This document shows, piece after piece, positions 13,071 to 26,184 of a DNA stretch of 64,000 bases. The DNA comes from Octopus vulgaris (lineage: Eukaryota). Where the stretch lies: positions 14,570,001 through 14,634,000 of the forward strand of contig OX597821.1 of the NCBI GenBank assembly GCA_951406725.2. Reading direction: 5' to 3'. Position numbers and translations under genes: made by a program. Position 1 is the first letter of the stretch. Every line of letters begins with the position of its first letter. The notes under the pieces are model-generated. The model searched no databases. It had not been told where the DNA came from and worked only from the letters and a program-made list of their open reading frames with translations.

Positions 13071-13210
13071 TTTGGCATTAGGAAGGGCATCTAGCTGTAG
13101 AAACTCTGCCATATCAGATTGGAGTCTGGTGCAGCCATCTGGTTCACCAGTCCTCAGTCAAATTGTCCAACCCATGGGAAAGCGGACGTTAAACGATAAT
13201 GATGATGATG
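13071..13210 (+). mobile_element. Family D 3' fragment (RTE-type tail) nested in a diverged SINE A
   Basis: ttggcattaggaagggcatctagctgtagaaactctgcc...gcggacgttaaacgataatgatgatg. Confidence 0.8.
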
Positions 13211-13530
13211 TGTGCGTCTGTCTGTGTATGTGTTCATCCCCCACTACTGTTTGACAGCTGGTGGTGATGAGTTTACATCCCTATAATTTAGTTATTCAGC
13301 AAAAGAAACTGAGAGAATAAGTATCAGACAAGGAAACAATAAAATAACAAATGGGGTTAATTTGTTCAACTAAAACTTATTTTATTGATCCTGAAAGGAT
13401 AGAAAGGCAAAGTTGATCCAGGTGGAATTTGAACTTAGAACTTAAAGACTGATGAAATACTGCTAAGCATTTTGCTAACAATTTTTGTCACCTTACCACC
13501 TTTCCCCATCCTTATAATAACTGCTAATAA

Positions 13531-13778
13531 GGGCGGCGAGCTGGCAGAATTGTTAGCATGCCGGGTGAAATACTTAGCGGTATTTCATCTGCCATTGTGT
13601 TCTGAGCTCAAATTCCACCAAAGTCAACTTTGCCTTTCATCATTCTGGGATCAATTAAATAAGTACCAGTTATGCACTGGGGGGGACCAATGTAATCGAC
13701 TTAATCCCTTTGTCTGTCCTTGTTTGTCCCCTCTATATTTAGCCCCTCCCCCCCCTCCGTGGGCAAAAAAAGAAATAA
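13531..13778 (+). mobile_element. SINE family B
   Basis: ggcggcgagctggcagaa head...actttgcctttcatc...aagtaccagtt...aaagaaata tail; matches the 63336 copy. Confidence 0.8.
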
Positions 13779-13874
13779 ATATAATAACAGCTGTTTTTAA
13801 TTTTAGGCACAAGCCAGCAATTTTGGATGGAAAAACTAGTTAATTACATCAACTCTTTGTAATTGATTGTTGTT

Positions 13875-14253
13875 AGTGGCTGTGTGGTAAGGAGCTTGCT
13901 AACCAACCACATGGTTCCAGGTTCAGTCCCACTGCGTGGCATCTTGAGCAAGTGTCTTCTGCTATAGCCCCGGGCTGACCAATGCCTTGTGAGTGGATTT
14001 GGTAGACGGAAACTGAAAGAAGCCTGTCGTATATATGTATATATATATATGCGTGCGTGTGTGTTTGTGTGTTTGTCCCCCTAGCATTGCTTGACAACCG
14101 ATGCTGATGTGTTTATGTCCCCGTCACTTAGCGGTTCGGCAAAAGAGACCAATAGAATAAGTACTGGGCTTACAAAAAGAATAAGTTCGACTAAAGGTGG
14201 TGCTCCAGCATGGCCGCAGTCAAATGACTGAAACAAGTAAAAGAGTAAAAGAG
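13875..14253 (+). mobile_element. SINE family A
   Basis: High identity to other A copies. Confidence 0.9.
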
Positions 14254-15102
14254 TTACTTTATCGACTCCGAAAGGATGAAAAGAAAAGTTAACCTTAATG
14301 GGTTTCAACTCAAAATGTAAAAATATAGCAGAATTACCACAAGGCATTATTGCCAATGCTTTAATGATTCAACATATCAGCTACCCAAAGCAGTAGCTAC
14401 CATGTAACTATGTAACTCAATACATTCAAATGAACCTCTGAAAGTGCATACCTTCTGAAATATTATAAGACTGCATTATATATTTATGTATATTGTTGTT
14501 TGCATTTTTAAATTTCTTGTCTTATTGTTTATGTCATATCCGATACATTAGCACTTGTTTACAGTAACTAATTTCAAGCTAATATATTACGACTAGTTTC
14601 TGTAATATGGACACACATACCTACTTGCAATCAGTCTTCCATATCAACAGTTCTCAATTCTCATTAAAAAATATTTTCTTGGTAGGGGGTATATTACCTT
14701 CACATAATTTCTAACTTGCTAATAATGCTAATAATAGTGTTGACTGAAAAAAAAACAAAAAAAGTTGGGGGTATCAGTAGAGGATTACTCTACCTTAAAG
14801 TACTAGGACATTTATTCCTAGAATAATTCAACTTGCTGGTTTTGAGGAACATTCTATTATTCAACTTTTATACAAAACATGAAACATTCTGGAATTCTGA
14901 AGTCAGAAAAAGGCTACATTATAACCTTGCTCTCTCTCTCTCTCTCTCTCCCTCTCTTTTCTGCTACTCTCTTTCTGTCTGTGTCTCAAGTTTACATGCT
15001 CAGTTTGTTGAAGCTTATATGGGTTTTCAAAGTATTCAGGCCGATAGCTGAAGATACGCACCCTGAAAGGGATACCAGGTTGCCACGAGATTAACCCCCA
15101 TA

Positions 15103-15520
15103 TACTCTTTACTCTTTACTCTTTTACTTGTTTCAGTCATTTGACTGCGGCCATGCTGGAGCACTGCCTTTAGTCGAGCAAATCGACCCCGGGACTTATT
15201 CTTTGTAAGCCCAGTACTTATTCTATTGTTCTCTTTTTGCTGAACCGCTAAGTGACGGGGATGTAAACACACCAGCATCAGTTGTCAAGCAACGCTAGAG
15301 GGACAAACACACACACACACAAACACATACACATATATACATATATATACATATATACGACAGGCTTCTTTCAGTTTCCGCCTACCAAATCCACTCACAA
15401 GGCATTTGTCGGCCTGGGGCTATAGCAGAAGACACTTGCCCAAGATGCCACGCAGTGGGACTGAACCCGGCACCATGTGGTTGGTTAGCAAGCTACTTAC
15501 CACACAGCCACTCCTGCGCC
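15103..15520 (-). mobile_element. SINE family A
   Basis: High identity to other A copies. Confidence 0.9.
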
Positions 15521-15712
15521 TATACTGCTGGTATTCATCTTCAACTAAGTCTACTAGAGATAGATAAAATGAAGTCCTTTGCTCAAAGCACTTTATTTTC
15601 AGACATAATGCTTTGCCCAGTTAAAGAACTGAACACACAGCTTAGTGGTTGTTAGTCCAACACCTTAACCATCAAGCCATGAACCTTCACCTATAATACA
15701 AAGCTAGAATAA

Positions 15713-15890
15713 GATTTCAAATTTTGGCTCAAGGCCAGTAATTTAGGGGGAAAAAGGTAAGTCAATTACATTGACCCCCTGTGCTCAATTGGTACTTATT
15801 TTATTGACCCCAAAAGGATAAAAGGCAAAGTTGACCTCAGTGGAATTTGAACTCAGAATGTAAAGACAGATGTGATGCCGTTAAGCAACA
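15713..15890 (-). mobile_element. SINE family B, diverged
   Basis: ggtacttattttattgacccc...aaggcaaagttgacctcagtggaatttgaactcagaa. Confidence 0.7.
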
Positions 15891-16674
15891 TGTCAATATA
15901 AAGCTATAATATGTCTGCAGATTCCATATTTCCTTTGGCTGTTACACTGGATTCTTTTACAGTGAAATTAAACATATTTACACATGTATTGATTTAATAA
16001 TCCATCTTGTTTCGTACTGCATCAACATTTTTATCAATACTACTCATGTTTTTCCATAATATGAAGCATTGAAATTATATGTTTGCAATGACAAGGAAAT
16101 TTTGAATTTTAGTTACATCTTGGTGGATGGAAATAAATTTATAATAGCTACACAGTTCGATGTACATTGCTTTTTTTGTTTCACTGATTTCAGTCATTGG
16201 TCTGTGACCATACGGGGTGTCAGACATTCATCTAAAAGAGTAAAATCTTCAGTCATATTGATTCCATTAAGATCTTATTGACCAAAGATTTTCATAGGGT
16301 CTGACATGATTCATTAAGACCTTGGAAGATTTTAAATGATCACGTCAACTGCACTGTATACAAGGGTTTATTTTATTGATCACTGTTTATCAAATGGTTA
16401 AGTTATCATTAACATCATCATCATCATAATGTCATGCTTGCATGGGTAAAAATGGAGGTTTTGAAGCAGATTTTCTACAGTTGGATACCCTTCCTACCAC
16501 CAACCCCCACCTATTACAAACAAAGTAAATTTTCCCAATGACTAGACATATGCACTTGCAGAATATTAGAAATGAATGACATTACTTGTATAACAGAAAT
16601 AATCATTATACAACTGGCATGCAACGTCAAGACGAAGAAACACTCAAACAAATTGTTAGTTTTTAATATTCATA

Positions 16675-17065
16675 AGCGCAGGAGTGGCTGTGTGGTAAGT
16701 AGCTTGCTAACCAACCACATGGTTCCAGGTTCAGTCCCACTGCGTGGCATCTTGGGCAAGTGCATTCTGCTATAGCTCCGGGCCGACCAATGCCTTGTGA
16801 GTGGATTTGGTAGATGGAAACTGAAAAGAAGCCTGTCGTATATATGTATATATATATATATGTGTGTGTTTGTCCCCCTAGCATTGCTTGACAACTGATG
16901 CTGGTGTGTTTACGTCCCCGATACTTAGTGGTTCGGCAAAAGAGACCGATAGAATAAGTACTGGGCTTACAAAGAATTAGTCCCGGGGTCGATTTGCTCG
17001 ATTAAAGGCGGTGCTCCAGCATGGCCACAGTCAAATGACTGAAACAAGTAAAAGAGATAAAAGAG
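16675..17065 (+). mobile_element. SINE family A
   Basis: High identity to other A copies. Confidence 0.9.
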
Positions 17066-17173
17066 AAAAAAAGTTATAATGGAAACATATATATATATTG
17101 TAACCACACGTGGACCATTGGTGGTTTTTTTATTGCCTCTTCCTTGTTCATTTTGGACTTCGCTGTTTTTACT

Positions 17174-17208
17174 GTTTCTGAAGAAGAGCTATGCTCAAAA
17201 TATAAAAC
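17174..17208 (+). ncRNA. Degenerate minimal hammerhead motif within a ~230-bp element (17097-17325)
   Basis: GUUU-CUGAAGA-A-GAGC(UAU)GCUC-aAAA-ua-UA-AAAC; canonical core recovered by reverting CpG-type changes (CGAAACGUA). Confidence 0.45.
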
Positions 17209-17322
17209 AACTACTCTTTTTCTTCACTGAGCATCATATCAATACTTTGCTTGTGCTATATCCTCACATTTGTATTTCTTTTCCTTTTTTCCCTGTTTTT
17301 TCCTCTGTTTCTTTAATTAACT

Positions 17323-17354
<32 letters not shown>

Positions 17355-17665
17355 CAACTCATGCCAGCATAGAAAATGGATGTTAAATGATGATGATGAT
17401 GATGATATTGATATATTATTCTTAAAGAATGATAAATATACATACACAACAAGCTTCTTGCAGTTTCTATCTATCAAATCAACTTACAAAGCTTTGGTCT
17501 GCCCAAGGCTATAGTAGAAGATACTTGTGCAAGATGCTTACACAGTGGGACTGGATCTGAAACCATGATTCTGGGAAGCAAACTTCCCACCACACAGCAA
17601 CACTTACACCACATATTTTGATCATTATATTTAGACACACATTGAGACACTTGGCTTCTGTACTA

Positions 17666-17882
17666 TTCTTTTCTACTCTAGGTAAAAGGCCTGAAATTTT
17701 TGGGGAGGGGGGCAGTCGATTAGATTGACCCCAGTACACAACTGGTACTTAATTTATCGATCCCCAAAGGAAGAAAGGCAAAGTCGGCCTCGGCGGAATT
17801 TTAACTGAAAATGTAACAGCAGACAAAATACCGCTTAGCATTTCACCCAGTGTGCTAACGATTCTGCCAGCTCGCTGCCTTT
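17666..17882 (-). mobile_element. SINE family B
   Basis: Full body ending ...attctgccagctcgctgcc on the plus strand. Confidence 0.8.
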
Positions 17883-18623
17883 AGGCTTCTGTAGTATTGC
17901 TGCCTACCAAATTCCACTTACAATGCATTGGTAAACCAAAGTCTTCATTTGATGCCAAAAGTTTATTGAGACATATGTCCATTCTGCCAGAACCATGTAG
18001 TCACAAAGCAATCTTTTGACTACACAGCTATGCCTGGACCTATGCATATATCAAATTTAATCATTTATATATTTCAAGGTACCTCCAATAATTATGTTTA
18101 ACCTTGGAATTGATATCCTTGCAACCATTAAATCAGAATTGTATCAAATATTGAATTAACATAAGTTCAGGTATTAAACTAAAGTTCTATAAATTATTGA
18201 TTCAGTGTTCCATTACTAAGCCACAAATTCCTTAACATAATAATTATTTCTAATTTAGGCAAAAGAGCTTGAAATTTTGAGGGAAGTGGGTTCAGTTGGT
18301 TACAACACCAGTACTTGATCCAGTACTTTATTTCAGTGATACCCAAAAGGACAGAAATAAAGTTAACCTCAGCAGAATTTGAATGCAGATTGTTACAGCT
18401 GTAACTAATACTGTGAAACTGTTTTTCTAGCACTAGTAATTCTGTCAATTCACTATCCTCCTTTAAACTAATAATAAACCCATATTTTGAATATTAAAAA
18501 AGAAGCCCTAAGATATTTAACCTTTTGCCTGTCCATTGTATTACATGTAATTACAACATATTTCCCTGGTCGCAATGCATCATATATGATATAGATTGCT
18601 AATTTTTATTATCACTAGACATA

Positions 18624-19048
18624 TACTCTTTTTTTTTTTTTTTTACTCTTTTACTTGTTTCAGTCATTTGACTGCGGCCATGCTGGAGCACCGCCTTTAG
18701 TCGAGCAAATCGACCCCGGGACTTATTCTTTGTAAGCCCAGTACTTATTCTATCGGTCTCTTTTGCTGAACCGCTAAGTGACGGGCACGTAAACACACCA
18801 GCATCGGTTGTCAAGCAATGTTAGGGGGACAAACACAGACACACAAACACACACATACACATATATATATATATATACATATATACGACGGGCTTCTTTC
18901 AGTTTCCGTCTACCAAATCCACTCACAAGGCTTTGGTCGGCTCGAGGCTATAGTAGAAGACACTTGCCCAAGATGCCACGCAGTGGGACTGAACCCGGAA
19001 CCATGTGGTTGGTTAGCAAGCTACTTACCACACAGCCACTCCTGCGCC
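18624..19048 (-). mobile_element. SINE family A
   Basis: High identity to other A copies. Confidence 0.9.
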
Positions 19049-19369
19049 TATATCTGTGGACTTTTGAAAGGAAAGCTTTATGTTACTCAGAATGCATGAA
19101 ACAAGGGATTGCTAAAAATTGGAAAACAAGCACGGATGTACAGGACATACTTATCAAAATACATTGGACAGACAAAAGGCTAAATCAAAAGTCTGCTATG
19201 AATCAATAATCAATCTAATAATGTTCTATTATGCAAATCATACAAAATGAGTATTCAGTGAAGAAACATCTTTTGGGCAGTAATTATTATTCTATTAATT
19301 ATTAAAACCATATTTTGTGAACTAATAAATCAAGAGTCATTCATCAAATGATCTAACATTATGTAATAA

Positions 19370-19580
19370 TGATTTCAAATTTTGTCACAAGGCCAGCAAT
19401 TTTGGGGGAGGGCATGAGTTGATTACATCAACTGGTACTTTGGTACTTATTTTATCGATCCCAAAAGGATGAAAGGTAAAATCAACCCCAGTGGTATTTG
19501 AACTCAGAACATACAGATAGACAAAATGCCACTAAGCATTTATCAAACATGCTAATGATTTTGCCGGCTCACCACCTTCC
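19370..19580 (-). mobile_element. SINE family B, diverged
   Basis: ggtacttattttatcgatcccaaaaggatgaaagg...ttgaactcagaac. Confidence 0.7.
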
Positions 19581-19594
19581 AACATTATATGATA

Positions 19595-20024
19595 CTAGCA
19601 GCATAGCCCAGTGTTGCCCGGGTATGTAAGAGCCCCTAGTAGGCAACGACTAATCCCAATCTAGTCCTTTCCCTCTAGGGAACGAAGGCGCATGTGTAGG
19701 TTGCAATGTCTTCTCTTCACTCGAATACTTGTGTATACAATGTTCCTAGCTGTCCCTTTGGGCGATAAAAAGGTCGAGTTGTGTCCCCTAGACAGAAAAT
19801 GTGTTGCATATAAAAAGCTTAGATTCTCGACCCCATGTCGAATTTATCGATTTTTTTCAGAACTGGGGGAACTTTTCAAAATTTTCGCTGCGTTAGTTTT
19901 GAATTATGACATTGGACTATGTGTGTGTCAAGTTTCATCAGAATCGGTTGAAAGCCGTGGTCAGGGTGAGGGTGCAACCTGACAGACACACAGACAGACA
20001 AACTGCCGTTTATATATGGAGAGA
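19595..20024 (-). mobile_element. Non-autonomous Helitron, family 2
   Basis: Minus strand starts TC, has (CTGT)n near the 5' end, subterminal hairpin cccgggcaacactggg, ends CTAG; inserted between A and T with no TSD. Confidence 0.85.
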
Positions 20025-20039
20025 TTAATAAATATCCTA

Positions 20040-21060
20040 GTAATTTGATCTGGGAGAAGGCGTTGTATTCATGGACTTTGCAGGCAGAGCAAGACTTGAA
20101 TAGCAACAAGAGAATGAGAGAATTTCAGAGGGATGGCACTCTGGAAAAGAAGAACTGGGTAAAAGGATTCATGCAGGACCTGGTAGAGTGAAGAAATGAC
20201 TCCAACATGTATGAGGAGATGGTTGAATCAGGAAGGTCTATATTGAGGTAGTGGAGGCGCAATGGCCCAGTGGTTAGGGCAGCGGACTCGCGGTCATAGG
20301 ATCGCGGTTTCAATTCCCAGACCGGGTGTTGTGAGTGTTTATTGAGCGAAAACACCTAAAAGCTCCACGAGGCTCCGGCAGGGGATGGTGGTGATCCCTG
20401 CTGTACTCTTTCACCACAACTTTCTCTAACTCTTACTTCCTGTTTCTGTTGTACCTGTATTTCAAGGGGCCGGCCTTGTCACTTTCTGTGTCATGCTGAA
20501 TATCCCCAAGAACTACATTAAGGGTGCACGTGTCTGTGGAGTGTTCAGCCACTTACACGTTAATTTCACGAGCAGGCTGTTCCGTTGATTCGGATCAACC
20601 GGAACCCTCATCGTCGTAACCGACGGAGTGCTTCCACATATTGAGGTGGCAGGAGTTTCTAGAAACAGAGATCACAGTAATTGTATTAGTGGGAGAAAAG
20701 GCAAATTGAAAGAGTAGCAAATGTTTGGGCCAGATTTTGAAATATATTAGTGAACATCTTCATGCTACCCATTCAGATGACCTTTTAGATGTAGTGCAGG
20801 ATGTCATTACATGGAGTAGGAAAATACTATTCCAAATGTAGGAGCAATATGCCATCAGGGATTTCATTTGGGCATTACAGAAGATTAGCAGTTGTTTCTA
20901 ATTTATTATGTTTTTACCCTGAAGTGAGAGGGTAGTGTTTGTGGTGCAATCTTAGAGATATGTTGAAGATGTGAGTTGCCAAGAGACATTCTCAGTGTTG
21001 ATGAGATTAAGTATTTGTGACAAGTGTTATTTATTGCATTATAAGCTTTTAATTAGCCTG
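20040..21060 (-). mobile_element. Decayed LINE ORF2 3' fragment (Jockey/CR1-group), interrupted by SINE E
   Basis: Minus-strand QLLIFCNAQMKSLMAYCSYIWNS resembles LYKAQVRPxMEYCSxIW; similar class to 6340-6890. Confidence 0.5.
20250..20637 (+). mobile_element. SINE family E with 10-bp TSD
   Basis: TSD atattgaggt at 20240-20249 and 20638-20647. Confidence 0.92.
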
Positions 21061-21972
21061 TTAACGACTTATAAAATATAAGAGATCTGGGACTTATTAC
21101 AATAAAACAATAAATTCTTATCATAAATCCTAAATTTCCAATTGTCTTAAAGCATTTTATGCAAGACTCTTAAAGGTAACTGAAAATATTAGCATAAAAT
21201 GAAGAGTAAAATAAATTGATTGCAATTGTACATGTGTATAAGGGGGATATTAGCAGTTTCAGTTGACCAGGGGCCATAGTTGAAGACACTTACCCAGGAT
21301 ACCATGCAGTAGGGCTGAATCCCAGATCATATGGCTTTGAAGCAAACTACTTAAAGCATCTACTATGCCTGCACACACACACAAAGAATCGTTTCATTAT
21401 GTAATTTACTTAATTTGCAAATAAAATCCTTCTCTGTTGTTACAATTCTATTGTTTTTAACAATTCCTTGTAAGTGCATGTTTTAACAAATGTTCTTTGT
21501 GTCTCGCTTTGGTGTTGTTACATGTATTGCATTTGTTTGAGATGTTATTACAGTGGATGTATATAAGTTCAATCTTCTTTTTTTCCCTTTCTCTTTAAAG
21601 TCTTCATTTGATGCCAAAAGTTTATTGAGAGAAAATGCCCATTTTGGAATACCAACAAACTAGATATAATCAGTTATTTTTCTCCATCAGAAGAGAATAT
21701 GAATTGCATTGTAAACAGCAAGTGAAGAGTAAATTTCACCCATAACTAACTACATTTCCTCATATATTTACATCTCTTTTTGAAGCACATTTTTTTTTTT
21801 CTTAATATTTTTCTCCAAAATACACACGTAGCACACAACACATGCACTCATACATACACACACATACATGTTTGCAGACAAAAAATATGATTACTGCAAT
21901 AGCTGCTTCTTTTTTGCATTCAGGTATTATTGTTATTATTACTTTGTGCCGATGTAAGAAATCATAATCATC

Positions 21973-22004
<32 letters not shown>

Positions 22005-23034
22005 TACTATTCTCACAATACAACAGTATTATTGATTTAAAGCTAGCTCAAAGCTGTAAATGTATAAACTGACTACAATATACATCATGCCCTGCCCCAA
22101 CTCCTCTTCCATTCACACCAGCATTTTTCACCTAAAATTTCAAAATAAGTTCCATCATCCTCATCACCAACATAAAAAAAAAAAGAAGCTGTTGAATTTG
22201 GTAAAGGGGAAAAGTGAAGATAAAAGAGATATGGAAAGAATGATAAAAGAAAAAGTAAGAGAAACGATGAAGGCTGTTGGGTGAATTGGTAGGTGTTGGG
22301 TGGTAATGTGTTAGAAGAAAAGTGATTCTTTGAACTCCACAACAATTTTATTTGGATTTGGCACCTTATGTGGGAATAAGCATTTATCAATGTTGGACTG
22401 GTAAGAATTGGATTTTGCAATGCATTTTAGTGGTTATGCCTGCTGTTTGCATTTTGCTGGTTGCATTGCTTTATAAGTCAATTTAATATTATTATTTATT
22501 TAATCTATTTATTTAACCGGTTTCTGTGTTTTTGGTTGTTTGATTTGATTTTGCTACTATTTGTAATGCTGCTTGTATATTAGTAGCTGAGTGCAACAGC
22601 TATGTATCGGCAGCTTATAAAGTTGACTAGGCATTCCATTGAACCTAGATGTTCTGGGATTAACATGTGTAGTTATTGTTGTTGTTGTTCGTGTCAGCAC
22701 CATCATTATCCTCATTGCCATCACTGTTGTCATCATCATCATCATCATCATTGTCATCATTTTAATGTCCACTTTTCCATGCATGTAGAGATTGTATGCA
22801 TCTTTGCTGAGGCAGATTATTCTATGGCTGGTTCCTCATCTTGTTGCTATCCTTCATCTGTTTTCGAGCAAGGCGATATTTCCCCTAATCTATTAAACAA
22901 CAAATTGCAGGAACATACTTTCACAGATGTCACCATTTGAAAGAACAGTGACGTTTTTTTTTAATTTACACTCAGTGTATGCCTATCAAGATACACAGAC
23001 ACATACATAGATATGTACATATCCATGTGTACAT

Positions 23035-23670
<636 letters not shown>

Positions 23671-23829
23671 CACACATGCACTCACACAAATGTGTAAGTG
23701 TGTATCACAAGTTTCTTTGAGTTACCATCAATTGAATTTTTCTCTTTAGGCATTGGCCAGTCTAAGGCTATAACAGAAGACACCAACTGCTGGAGTCCAC
23801 AGAGCAGAAATGAATGCTAAACCATTTGG

Positions 23830-24190
23830 TATTAAATCAAATGAATTGACCCCAGTACTTTTCCTTCTTAAGCCTGGTGCTTATTCTCTCAATCTCTTTT
23901 GTTGAACTGTTAAATTACCAGGACGTAAACAAACCAACACCGGTTGACATGCAGTGGTGCAGGGCAAACCCAGACACAAAAACACACATGCGTGTGCAAG
24001 CACATAACCCCCCCACACACACATGTGACAGACTTCTTTCAGTTTCCATCAACCAAATCCACTCAAAAGGGTTTGGTCAGCCTGTGGTTATAGTAGAAGA
24101 CATTTGTGCAAGGTGCCATGCAATGGGATTGATCCCTGAAGTATGTGGTTGAGAAGCAAGCTTTTCACTATACAGCCATACCTGCACCTA
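23830..24190 (-). mobile_element. SINE family A, diverged
   Basis: cttctttcagtttccatcaaccaaatccactca...tacagccatacctgcacc. Confidence 0.7.
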
Positions 24191-24690
24191 TATGTACTAA
24201 AGTTTTCCTGATTCACAGCTTCATAATCTTAAAATTAAATAATCTCAGTCCATTGCATCCTGAAACGACTCTGTGGAGCAACCAATAGCTTCATTCTGTA
24301 CAAATGACTCATATTTAAAAAAAATAATGACATTAGTCACATTTATATTTAATTCCAAGACTCTTCATTGAATTGTTAGTCATAATGTTCAGATCATAGA
24401 GAACTCTATGATATCAGGAACTATATACGTATGCATAATGTAGATCACTAAATAAATTAATATGAAGTTGAGATGAATCACTTTCCATATGTTGGTAAGG
24501 AGAATTGACTAACATACGATATATTCTGAAGATAGCTATTAAAGAAGTTGAAAGCTTAATCACTGCCAGTTTATTAAAAATAGCTTCTTTCTGTCACAAC
24601 TAATCTATGAAGCTATGAGAAAATATGAATATATAAAACATAAACTGAAAATTAAAAAAAAAAATTTTATGGCACAAATTTTATATTTGA

Positions 24691-24990
24691 CTAGCAGTAT
24701 CACCCGGCGTTGCTCGGGTTTGTAAGGGAAATAACTTTATAAGCATTTTTAGAGAGTTACTTCCCTTATATAATAGCAAAAAATGCATTAAAAATGGGAA
24801 AAAATGATGGTAAATTTTTTAAAAAATTGTACTCATCGTAAATGCGTGCTAATACCCAGAAGGGCTCGATATGAATCACAACTATAAGATACCCGCTTTT
24901 GGTTAAACTGCACCGCAAAATGTGGGAGTAGTTAGGAATCTAAATCGTAGGAGACAGACACTCACACAACTTCACTTTTATCTATAAAGA
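24691..24990 (-). mobile_element. Non-autonomous Helitron, family 1 (one internal unit)
   Basis: 5' TC, 3' hairpin cccgagcaacgccggg then CTAG, A|T insertion site. Confidence 0.88.
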
Positions 24991-25171
24991 TTTTTTGTTC
25001 TACATTTGGTTTCCCATGCTAACTTGGGTTGAATAAATACTTAGTATTGAGGCATCATTTGACTGCTAGATACCCTTGATGTCACTTACTCTTACCTGTA
25101 CTTTCCATCTAAAGTATAAGATATAAACATTAACGCAGACTCTCTCTCTCGCACACATACACATGCGAATA

Positions 25172-25209
25172 CATAAGGGGAAATCAAAAATTATCTGCTC
25201 TTTCGCCAT

Positions 25210-25242
<33 letters not shown>

Positions 25243-25972
25243 TTAGCGTCCGCTTTCCATGCTAGCATGGGTTGGACGGTGCAACTGGGGTCTGGGAAGC
25301 CAGAAGGCTGCACCAGGCCCAGTCTGATCTGGCAGTGTTTCTACGGCTGGATGCCCTTCCTAACGCCAACCACTCCGTGAGTGTAGTGGGTGCTTTTTAC
25401 GTGCCACCTGCACAGGTGCCAGACGGAGCTGGCAAATGGCCACGGAAGGATGGTGCTTTTTACGTGCCACTGCCTTCTATGCATGCATGCTTTTAGTTGG
25501 TACTATTGTGGTCATTGTGGTCATGTGATCAAAGTTTGAGCCTGATCCTGCCATTTTACTTTCTGGATTTACAGTGTAAGCATGGCTGCTACAGTAGCAA
25601 TGTGCACAAGAGAACAAAGTGCAGTGATCTGAGAGATGATAATGGTGAACTGGTTTACCATTACCATCTCTTGAGCTTGCTGAATCTTCTCATCAGTGGT
25701 GGAAGTTGATGGGCATCCTGCTCCCTTTTCATGTATTATGCTTGTCCAGCCACTTTTAAAGGCTTGATCCACTCATACATACTTCTACACAGTAGTGCAC
25801 TGTCCCTGTATTGTGCTAAAAGTCTCTGATGAATTTCAGCACCTGACACACCTTCTGACCAGAGAAATTGGATAACTGGTCCTTGTTCTTCTTTAGTGTA
25901 CACTGCTAGTGGAGTAGCCTAGGAGTGCTTCCACAGTGGAGTAGCCATGCTTACACTGTAAAGCTAGAAATC
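25172..25972 (-). mobile_element. Mariner-derived element with decayed transposase N-terminus
   Basis: Minus strand ATPLAVYTKEEQGPVIQFLWSEGVSGAEIHQRLLAQYRDSAL..MYEWI../FKSGWTS..GAGCPSTSTTDEKI (mariner HTH region, frameshifted); TIR-like start at ~25172 interrupted by a family D copy. Confidence 0.75.
25211..25473 (-). mobile_element. Family D element, 5'-truncated
   Basis: (CAT)n, tccgctttccatgctagcatggg, two tgctttttacgtgccac units. Confidence 0.85.
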
Positions 25973-26184
25973 AAGCTGTAGAAATCAAGCCGAATCAGAC
26001 TGGAACCTGGTACAGCACTCCATCTTACCAGTTCCAGTCATGCTTGAAAGCTAGTGAGCATTGGCAACCAGAGGAACATCAGGTCCATGAAAAATGAACC
26101 CCAACAAAATTCGTTTAACTCATACAAGCATCGAGGACAAATGGAAGTTCATATGGAAAAACTTAACGAGAGCCATTGACCAAA

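Noticed and set aside
20250-20330. tRNA gene
   Set aside because: tRNA-like head of SINE E, continuous with the SINE body and bounded by TSDs
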